Part shown: positions 54,250 through 64,000 of the stretch, one piece after another
How positions within the stretch are numbered: the stretch's first letter is position 1
How the letters are laid out: each line of letters opens with the position of its first letter
Assembly (NCBI RefSeq): GCF_964355755.1
Contig: NC_092670.1
Location: forward strand, 19,454,795 to 19,518,794
Length of the DNA stretch: 64,000 bases
From: Antedon mediterranea
Taxonomy: Eukaryota; Animalia; Echinodermata
Reading direction: 5' to 3'
Translations under genes and position numbers: made by a program
Notes under the pieces: model-generated
What the model was told of the DNA's origin: nothing
Databases searched by the model: none
The model's input: the letters and a program-made list of their open reading frames with translations, nothing else

Positions 54250-54706
54250 AATTCGAAATAACGAATTATTAATTCGTTTTTTCGAATTATTAATTCGTTA
54301 TTTCGAATTTATTTAAGTAATTTGAAATTTCGAATTAATAATTCGAAATTTCGAATTATTAATTCGAAATTTCGAATTATTTATTTCGTTATTTCAAATT
54401 ATTAATTCGAAATTTCGAATTATTAATTCGAAATTTCGAATTATTAATTCGAAATTTCGAATTAGTAATTCGTTATTTCGAATTCATAATTCGAAATTTC
54501 GAATTAGTAATTCGTTATTTCGAATTAATAATTCGAAATTTCGAATTAGTAATTCGTTAAATTTCGAATTAATAATTCGAAATTTCGAATTAGTAATTCG
54601 TTATTTCGAATTAATAATTCGAAATTTCAAATTAGTAATTCGAAATTTCAAATTAGTAATTCGTTAATTCAAATTTTTAATTCGTTATTTCGAATTAATA
54701 ATTCGA
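54250..54706. repeat. Array of about 21-bp palindromic units (AATTCGAAATTTCGAATT / AATTCGTTATTTCGAATT)
   Basis: Directly visible; lies between the putative transposon end and the integrase. Confidence 0.9.
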
Positions 54707-54771
54707 CCTCTGCCCTTTCTAATGACATCCCAACCATCCCGGATGACTTTAGCTAATGCAATCTGGTCATC

Positions 54772-55437
54772 ATGCGTCCTGAAAACCATTGGATTAGATT
54801 ATATTTCAATCGTAGCTTAAATTATCAAGAGATTATTGAAATGTTAGCAGAAGATCATGATATTTTGATAAGTAAACGGACATTAAAGCGAAGGCTGAAA
54901 AAAATGTGCCTTAGTCGAAGAAAATGGCATTCTGACGAACTGGAAGCCAATTACAGACGTCAAGGATGCTACATGGGTACAGGTGGATGCACATTCGTTG
55001 CACACAAAATGGGTTAAACATAGATAAAGAGACGGTCAGAATAATTTTAAACCTTCTTGACCCAGAGGGTGTCGAAGCAAGAAGGAGACGACGACTACAC
55101 AGAAGAATTTATCATGTACCTGGCCCAAACTATATCTGGAATATCGAGTCGTACGGCAAACTTAAGCCATACGGCATTTGTATAAATGACGGATTCTCTA
55201 GACACATAATATGGCTAGTCCCAAAGTTATAGCCTGCTATTACGTAAATTTTGTTCGCCAAAAAATATGGGTTGTCCCGGGGGTTGTCCAAAGTCTATTA
55301 GAACAGATTTCGGAACTGAAAATTCTATTGTTGGTCCAATGCAACAATTTCTTTGTAATGAGAACAGCAGTTTTATACAAGGAACAAGTCAGCATAATCA
55401 ACGAATTGAGAGTTGTTGGGGCATTCTCAGAAAATTA
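54772..55437 (+). pseudogene. Frameshifted HTH plus RNase H-fold DDE integrase/transposase
   Basis: Four overlapping ORF pieces join to IRLYFNRSLNYQEI...ISKRTLKRRL / GYRWMH...LDPEGVEARRRRRLHRRIYHVPGPNYIWNIESYGKLKPYGICINDGFSRHIIWL / SPKVIACYY / GCPKSIRTDFGTEN...SQHNQRIESCWGILRK. The first catalytic Asp region is altered (WHID to WNIE) and there are several deletions. Confidence 0.85.
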
Positions 55438-56478
55438 TTATTAATATCGTATTTAACTAAAGTGTCCGCCAGAGTAAGATTAAGGGCGTCTTTACATACA
55501 TTTGTTTTTAAATTTATATGGATCAATTTTAAATATAGTGTAATATAATTGGAGACGTTTTAGACTGATGAGCCCGGTATTGAGACTTTACTCGCTTGGT
55601 TGCAATTGAGTTCGTATATTACGATACGATACGATAAATACTACTACAGGGTATCAGTCGATCGGTGATGATAGATGATGATGTTGTGAATGAGGTGTGT
55701 CAGCTCTGTAGGTGTGCCTATGATGAAGTGGCTCAGTGAGGTGTCTCTGGGCTCTGTTGAGACTGGGGGTATATCGGCTTCTGTTCATTGCATATGTCAT
55801 CATTATATCGTCTTTGAGCTTAGATATAAAATTGGTCCTAGTTGATCCACGATCTAGGTACAGGCAAGACAAAGTAGTTTTTGTATATCTCAATGATGGA
55901 TATCGTTGTCAATTCTCTACTTAAAAACTGTCATTCTTGAATTGTTTTACGATGGGAAAGTTCTCTAAGGTTAGATAAACTGTTACTTTAGAGAGCTAAT
56001 TGGTTACAAGTAGTATTCATGAAAAACATCTGGTCAGTTTCTTACTGGACTTTTGTGGGGCAAATTTTTGAACTCAGTTGGTGTGTGGTAACGTTAAATA
56101 TTGGAATTGTATATAACTCTGATACATTACAATAGCAACAAGTCGTTGCAGCTTAGCCGTTGATTTCATCGATCATAACGAGTTTATGGGATTACGATAT
56201 TCTGTCAATGAAAATAATATGATACATTTAATATTTAAAATACTGCCATGGACTGACAGATTATGTCTTGCACCAGTTATTTAAAAATATTATAGAGGAA
56301 TGCAACTATAGCTCTATAACATGTTGATAACACAATATACGCATATGGCAATATTATCGCATAATAATTGTATTTTAAAAAAGGTGATATTTTGGCCATT
56401 TTCAAAAAAATTCCTGTAGGCCTACTATAGAACACGGATTCTTTTTTCAAACAAATGGTATACAAAACGTACAATACT

Positions 56479-56713
56479 CAGGGGCGGATTCAATTTACGT
56501 CCGAGACGCTAAATGACAAATGTTGTTGGAAATTGAAATCTTATAGCCGGGAAATTTTACCTTCCTCTTTTTTGTTTGCTTCTCAGTTGAAATGAACATG
56601 TCATATTGAGAAACATTACCTCTGCTCCCTCTCCCCTTCTATTTTAAATTCTTTGACCCGCCCCCTCATGGACTTGCCAAATGGCAGATGACAAGGTAGT
56701 AGACCCGCCCTTG
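56479..56713. mobile_element. Short MITE with CAGGGGCGG ends and 5-bp TSD
   Basis: CAGGGGCGGATT...ACCCGCCCTTG; ATACT duplicated. Confidence 0.65.
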
Positions 56714-58379
56714 ATACTGTATTGATATTCGAATCAATATGACAATATTTTCTTAACTTTCAACTTTATTGTCAAACATAAGAGTGTAAACATTCTAAAT
56801 TAATGACAAGGGATGATAGATTAGCCAACAATGAATATAAAGAGGGGTGGGGGTGTCAACCTTAATGTGAGTTTGTGAAATTTTGATTCGCCGACCGTTT
56901 CAATTTCAATTTCAATTTCAATTTGTTTTATTGAAAAAAGAAGGGGGAACGACAGCATCCCCCCCCCCCCCCGCCACCCAACCCACCGGATACGCCCCTA
57001 GATGATAAAGTACGGTATAGTTTAAACAAACAAAAACTAATCACAGACCATCTAAGTAAAAACAAAACAGTTTAAATCAAGAATTGTACAATAGTTGAAA
57101 ATTGAAGATTTAGTATAGTAAAACGAACAATATACGTACTGATGTTATTTTATTATTATATAATTACAAATCGCATCTATTTCATTACAAGAAGTGATCA
57201 ACTCATAAGTTTAGAGTGATTCCATGAGTGTCATTTTTTGGAATGTAAACATAGGCATATGATGGATTAGAGCATGTGGAAAATGAAGACAAGGAAATAA
57301 GGGACATGATATAAACCACGAGGAATGTAAATATGGAATGGAAGGGAAACCATGAATCATGCCCAAAAAAGTGCCGGGTTGATAAAAACCAATTCACTGT
57401 CTTATTTGATTGATGTTAGGTTTACATCATTTTCCGACAATTTGATTGGTTAAGCAATTACTTATTAAAACTATAAATACGTAAGATTAATTTCCATCAC
57501 CATTGCTGCTTCATACAAACTTACAAAATAAATAGTTTGTTTTATCCTACGGTTCCAGTGAAATTCCAGCATATTTTATATTTCAGTAAGTACGTTTTAT
57601 CTTTTGTTTTTGTTGAACTCAACTCAATCATCGAAAATGAATTAACATATTATTTTAGTTGAATGTTTAAAGTTTTAGGCTTCGCTGTAGGACTATGGCA
57701 AATAGTCAGCAATTAATAACTGTATGACCAGTTTTAACATTAACTTTAATAGAAAGAATATATGTATACATATTTATCCTTCAAAATAAATATTACTTTG
57801 ATTAATTTTACGTATTTAAATGAATTAGTCTTAATAATTTCATTCGATAATATCAATTCCAATACTATAATATTATTCGTAATTTAGCACAACTCAACGT
57901 CAACCATGTGCGTGCATACCGATATTAAGTTAGGCCTATATTTCTTTTATCATAATAAAACTTAGTTAGTTAGTTATAGTATCGAAACCTTATGTAAGTT
58001 ATGTCCCATTTCAATGAAGGATATTAAATGAGTGCAAATGGGGCACATATCAATTGTATTCCGTAAATAAGCGACACGCGCGTTGTGCATCCCGAAACGC
58101 GACCTTGTTTAAAATCACTGTTTTTAAACGGTTTTTTAAATTATCTCCACTAATAATTGTCGGATTATAAATAACTAGGCATGAAAGCTTCATATTATTT
58201 CATACATCGCATCACGTAAATGTGTGTTATCTCGTCGGAAATCAAGTTTTTATTTGACAGATTTGCTACATTTGACAGTGTCATTTCATAACTGTTAGAA
58301 GTATAAGTAATTGGGAAACAATACATATAAAACAAAACGTGAATTTAATTGCAAAAACAATCAAGTGTTATGGTAAATT

Positions 58380-58627
58380 CAGGGTGTCTCGAAAACAGAG
58401 ACCCCCCACTAAAACTTCTTGATATTACGTTATATAGGGGGGTATCTGTTTTAGAGATTTTCTCGATTGTTTTCGAAATTTTCTGGAAAACAGATACCCC
58501 TTAAATAATGTAATATCGAGAAGTTTTTTTTTTTGGTGGGGGTGGGGGGTCTCTGTTTTTAAAATCTCCAAAACAGAGACCCGGGTTTCTGATCTTTGTT
58601 TTCGAGGTCTCTGTTTTGAGCACCCAG
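58380..58627. mobile_element. MITE with 6-bp TSD
   Basis: Ends CAGGGTGTCTCGAAAACAGAGACC / GGTCTCTGTTTTGAGCACCCAG; TAAATT on both flanks; internal AAAACAGAGACC repeats. Confidence 0.75.
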
Positions 58628-59009
58628 TAAATTTCAATAGCGAAGGCACATCCCTGTGTATTCCGTTTTTTGACTGGAGAGTACACACATTACGGCTAGC
58701 TATTAACATTAACACTTAATCATACCTTAATTTAATCTGAATAAGTTTTTAAAAAATAGAATACATTAATGTTATATTACTAACCAATAACTGTACTTTT
58801 ATACTAGGCTAAAGTCGCTATAGCTATACACTTGAATTACCCCATGATAATATAGTGGGGAAGCCTCCAACTTTTACGCAAAAAAGTAGCCATTCGCTTA
58901 CCAAAGTCTGTTTGTGCAATCATTAGGGCTTAATTCGGTTGGCGGTACAAGAAGCTCTACTGGGGAATAAAACCATAGGCCCTACATTAAATTCACGAAA
59001 GATACGGCG

Positions 59010-62000
59010 ATGGATAAGTTATATGAATACATGGAGGAACGAGGAATTGAAGAGGAGTACATACAGAGAATGAGGGATGAAAAGGTAAAAAAAAACAATG
59101 TCTATGATGCTTAAATCATGGGAATACTAAATATTATACTGTAATTATATTTGTCATTAAATATTGTATCCTCTATAAGATTAATATAGGCCTATAGTCC
59201 TATTCTGCATCTTTGTTGTATGAGGTTGAAACGTTCACACGACGCCCAGTTGCGAATCCAGGGAGAGGGGGAATGTTTAGGGTTTTTGTGAACCCCCTAA
59301 TAAGCGGCGTAAAAAGGGGGTTTGTACTGTGAAATCTGTAATTTTCCCAAATATTGAAGTTTTTCACCCAATAAAAGGCAAACGTACATCAAATTCAAAT
59401 TTTGTTTCCATAAACTGTTTCCCTTATAGTTGTAGTGTTTATCTAATCAATATTAAAATTGATATAATATGTACATATACATGATTTATCCTAATCTGTT
59501 AAGAAAATTCATAATTTAACGTAGCACATACGGGTCGCTTGCATGCCACGATGTTTTACACAGTACGCACACATTTTAAAAGGTTTAATGTTTAGATCAA
59601 TCATTGGTATGCCTAATCAAATATATTGAAACGTTCACTCGACCCCTTAATGTGACTATGTAATGCATGATGTTAATCAACTTTTGTTTTTGCAGATTGA
59701 TTCAGTAGTTATAGTAGCCATGACTGACGAAGACCTTTCGAAATTTATTCCTCTCCTTGGGGACAGAATTGCTGTACGCGAATTTTGCAAAGACAAAAGA
59801 CGCAAAGGTAAAAGTAAAAAAGAAACAGTTCTACAAAAACTCAAACAAAAATTGAACAAGAGAAGGGACGATGAAGAGGACGTGGAAGAGGACGGAAATC
59901 TTTGGGATACGCGCTCAAGCACGCTGTTAGGGAACAAAAATGCCCAAAAAACAAATCGGAAAATCGATATAGGGTGGTTGGACTACGACGCTGAATCAAA
60001 ATGCTTCAAACAAGTTCGCAAACAAAAAGGAGGAGGAACAAGACAGCTAATAGTGCCAAAGTCCACAAATTATAATGAACTGTTAGAAATTGCCACTAAC
60101 TTGTTTTTTAAGGATGGACTGTCATTTAAAGGAAAGCTAAGCGAATTCAACTGCAAGCTATGTGATTTTCGACAACATCCCTTGAAAAAAGACATGAGCG
60201 TTGGGGAGCTGTATGCTGAATGCAAAATGGCAGTTCTAAGGTTCTACCTTCAAACCACTCCAGTTGGCAGAAAAGATGAAGCCGTAAAACGAAAGAGAAG
60301 TGGCGAGTCATCTGATGACGACGACGGGGATAATGATGTACCGTTGGTAGAAATAGACCATCCAACACGCCCACTTGTACAGCCCGACACACCAACCGTA
60401 TCGTTTAAGGTAGGTAATATTTAAAATTGTAATTGGAACCCATAAGTTATACATTGTATAATTGTGGTACAACTCAATGATATACTAGTGTGATTCATTT
60501 TTGTTAATTAACAGAAGACCGAGTCCATCTTTTCTGGTAGTAAATAACCTTGTTCAGAAAGGTGAAATAACTCATCGTGCACTTATAATACAATATTCAT
60601 AAAGTAAACTCCAGCATTATAATGAATTGCTCCATTTACAGGTACCTGATAGACCTACTGACTCAATGATGAATTTAGCCTCGACAAGTCAATCGCATAT
60701 GCCTTCAACATCCAGTCAATCGAAAAATGAGTGAGTTAAACTTATTATTCGAAATATGCCACAATGCTGTGTAAGGTGTGATTGACGAACAACGATTAAA
60801 ATTTTCCGAACATTACCCGTGATCGTTTGTATGAGAAGTATTCTGTTATGCATATAAACTTTCTTTTAAGGATTTTTAATTTTAATTTTATTTTTGTTTA
60901 CAGGTCGGCATATACATCATATGTGAATTTATGTTCAGACTCTGACGATACAGACGATGAAGAAGACTTACAACTACAACAAGCTATTAAAAATAGTTTA
61001 GTGGAATCCCAGGAAACAAGGTTTGTGTACCAAATGTTTCAGGAGACGCTTAAACAGGCCTGTAGCCAAGGGGGTTCATGGTTCGGTTTTGTGTCCAAAC
61101 AACCCCCCCCCCCCCACACCTTCCACCACCCCACCCCCTGTTAAACCCTAAATTGGCTGAATGTTGTAGTCATTATACTACACCTACGTACGAGACTCGA
61201 CTGATTAATTTGTGAATGATGGTAACTTGTCTGGTAACAAAACCCTACCCCCACCAAATGGTTTTAACAGTTCAAATAAGACATTAATGATTTATCGTCA
61301 ACACTAACGGTTGATAATATCATTTTAGGTGCGAAGATCAAGTAGATATAACAATTAAGGACATCCTCGCCAATTACCAGAGACATCATCAAGTTGATGA
61401 ATATCAGAAGGTTATTTGCCACAGAAAACGGTTTTTACGTTCGATCCTATACGCGTACGGGCAAGATGGTTTTAACTGCCGAAAAAAGGTACAATGCGAA
61501 TTTGTTGGAGAAGAAGCTATGGATACCGGAGGACCTACAAGAGAAATGTTCAGGTTTGGACCTTTATTGGACACATTACTGATATCTATGTGCATGCTCA
61601 ACTAAACATTGTCTTATATTGTTAGTACTTGGTGATTATTCTTGCAATGTACTATAGTGCTATTTGTATAATTTTTTTTATAAAACTCCCTATAATTAAC
61701 ACTATATACAGTGGCGTAACAGGCGGGGGCGGGTTCCAGATACGGCGGGTTCTAGATACCCCCTGACGGATGTTGAACCGTGCGAAACAAGCCTTCGCAC
61801 TTGGCTGGGGTACTGGCCAGAATGCAATTGTAGACAAAAAATCTAGTTAATGACAAAGGCGTATCCCTCATACTTTTTGGTTTGGACGTTGTTGGTTACT
61901 TTTTGTATTTTTTTGTATCTTTGGTTTCGTATGCCCAGTGTATACGCACGTATGTATGTATGTGTGTATTTTATTGTTACAGTAACATTTTGAGCAATAT

Positions 62001-63593
62001 TTATTTTAAACAATGTATACTGGTTGCGCTTTTCTGATAATTCTTATTGTGCACTTTGATTTATATAGACTACTAATGAAAGCAGTTTGCGAACAGTTGG
62101 GAGTGCTGGAAGGAGAAGTGGGGAAACAAAATTTTACCCATAACATAGAGCTATTAGAGCAACGCAAATATGCTATGGCTGGTAGTTTCGTTGCATGGAG
62201 TCTATTGCATGGAGGTCCGGGCTTACCAACTTTGCAACCAGAGCTTTTCAAGCTAATGTGTGGGTTAAAGTCAAATGGATTTTCGGACGTTAATAGTGTG
62301 TGTGACATAGATGTCCGAGGCAAGATAGCAAAGGCAAGTGATTTTCGTTTACCATTCTAACAACAAGGCATCAAATAACTTATGGGAATATGTGTTATGT
62401 TAAAATATTCTATACGTTACCTAACGGACTTTTTATTTATAACATTTTTAAATGGGACAAGAAATGTTATTAATTTAACTTTTACTATTAAAATAGCAAA
62501 AGTTAAATTAATACAATTTTTTTTTTACATTTTTTTAAACATAAATTTTGTTATTTACGGTCTGATTATTTTTTAAAACACGTAGGCCTACAGTAACCAC
62601 AATCAACTTATTTAACCCAAACCTAATAGGCCTATAATGCACGCGGCAAAACGTGTAGACCTACATTGTCTTTTATCACACGTGTAGGCCTAATAGGCTT
62701 ACGATGAATTTGTATTACATTTTTGTATATTTGTAAAGAATTTGATTACAGTATCTTTTTATCCAGATTGCAAATTGCCAAACGACGGATGAGTACCGTA
62801 CTATTTCACATGAATTATCGGATTGGGCGGCAGATCAAGGAGTCATGACGTTGTATAACTCGGATTTCAATCAAAAACAACAAGTCGTGTCAAGTCTGTT
62901 AAAGCATTTTTTGTTTTACAGGTAACGTAACAGGCCTAATAATGATAATATATTTTAAGCACATGGTTATTCAGTGTTAGACGCGGGTAAACTAGATATA
63001 GATATGTATGTATGTAAACAATTAGTTACTAGCCCTTTTTAATCCAAGAAATAGTACGGTATCATTATGCATATTTCCTTAAGGAAAATCACAAGGGGTT
63101 AAGTCTAGTTCAGGACAGGAGAAACATTTTGGCATTAGGATTTAAAAGCATCGTGAAGGAAAATCCATCGAAATCCATCCAAATGAAATTCTCCTTTGGT
63201 TTTTATTTGTCGGTTGACGGCTGCTCTGGGTGATTCTTCTGTAAAATTGCTGAACTTTAAATCAAGGCTTGGAATTATTGTACAGTTCGTATGAATGTGA
63301 ACACATTTTATTTGCTAATTGTGATTATAATTTACATGGTGCATTCATTTTCTCCTAATCTAGAACACATAGTGAAATCCGACAGTTCACTGAAGGATTG
63401 GGAGTACTTTGGGAAAACGTAAGAGATTACCCAAACCAATTTGTCCCACTTTTCACTCTGGAGGGGAAAAGACTGACACGGCAAGTACTAAAGACACTAA
63501 TGACAGTTGAATATTCAGAGGCAGGCTCCAATTTACGAAGTCAAGAGGAGGACACAGTGTATTGTCTGGAGGTTTTCTTACAAGAGTCGGAAG
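59010..63593 (+). CDS. SAM-like / ubiquitin-like / UIM / HECT-domain E3 ligase-like protein (G2E3-like HECT), 3'-partial
   Basis: Exons 59010-59084, 59696-60409, 60642-60730, 60904-61020, 61329-61553, 62069-62333 (GC donor), 62767-62921, 63364-63593 join with no stop. Motifs: AMTDEDLSKFIPLLGDRIAVREFC (SAM-like), KGGGTR...LRFYL (beta-grasp-like), DEEDLQLQQAIKNSL (UIM-like), EFVGEEAMDTGGPTREMF, YAMAGSFVAWSLLHGGPG, IRQFTEGL, YSEAGSNLRSQEE (HECT). The C-lobe lies beyond the window. Confidence 0.85.
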
Positions 63594-64000
63594 GTATTGT
63601 ATACAGTATTTATATCTTTATTTTAATGTAAACTAAAGTAAACTCTAGATGGGGCGTTACATGCAGGGGGGAGGGGAGGGGTGTTGAGATACCCCCCCCC
63701 CCCCCAATCCTTCGGGCTGAGAATGAATATCCAAAGTAAAATTAGGTACCCCCAGGGCTCGAAACGAAACGATACAATACCGTATTTCCTTACAGTTATA
63801 TAATATAGCCCTTCGAGAGAGAAACAAGGTTGTGTGTATTCACGAACAAACTTTACCTTGAAGAACTATACCGCTATACCCTATTTGTAATTCCTTGTAC
63901 CAAAACGAAAGTATGCTAATAAGAGCGGTGAAAGGGTAAATGGTAGACGAAAAAAGTATACATTTTTTATTTCATAATGTTTAACATTTTTATTTTTATG

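Larger units (their letters stand above)
54204..55440 (+). mobile_element. Truncated IS3EU-like DNA transposon: putative left terminus, subterminal array, integrase remnant
   Basis: Begins TACGAAAGCCTATTAGGGCC (TAY start, as recalled for IS3EU), followed by about 450 bp of palindromic repeats and a DDE integrase remnant. No matching right end found in the window. Confidence 0.6.

Noticed and set aside
54250-54706. Heat-shock element cluster
   Set aside because: GAAnnTTC pairs are present, but adjacent TTC-GAA spacing is 0 rather than 2, so there are no canonical three-unit HSEs.
55550-55600. Hammerhead core CTGATGAG
   Set aside because: No downstream stem II plus GAAA in the required order on either strand.
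55900-56150. Minus-strand LINE remnant truncating the integrase
   Set aside because: Only faint resemblance to a LINE 3' end; too degraded to call without a search.
62686-62704. GGCCTAATAGGCTTACGA as right TIR of the element starting at 54204
   Set aside because: Imperfect match, not followed by the expected TATGAC TSD, inside a HECT-gene intron, and TAGGCCTA motifs are common throughout this window.
59010-63593. Calling the HECT gene G2E3
   Set aside because: No PHD/RING fingers at the N-terminus; only the HECT region is G2E3-like.

Overview
AT-rich, intron-containing animal genomic DNA (invertebrate; deuterostome/echinoderm-like by inference only). Left to right: the 5' five coding exons of a minus-strand FAM20C-type secretory-pathway kinase (3' end is left of the window); a complete minus-strand TBCD gene (36 coding exons, traced in frame by hand); a divergent cluster of three single-CDS-exon class A GPCRs lacking the TM3-ECL2 cysteines; a decayed IS3EU-like DDE integrase with a palindromic subterminal array; and an intact 8-exon SAM-like/ubiquitin-like/UIM/HECT (G2E3-like) E3 ligase gene running off the right end. 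Introns and intergenic DNA hold many MITEs of several families (about 11 Harbinger-like copies, 2 Ginger-like copies full of TTGCGCAA motifs, 5-bp-TSD and 6-bp-TSD elements), SINE/LINE fragments and tandem repeats. Best lead: the integrase plus HECT-ligase pair as a possible cargo-carrying transposon. Family assignments come from recalled motifs, not database searches.
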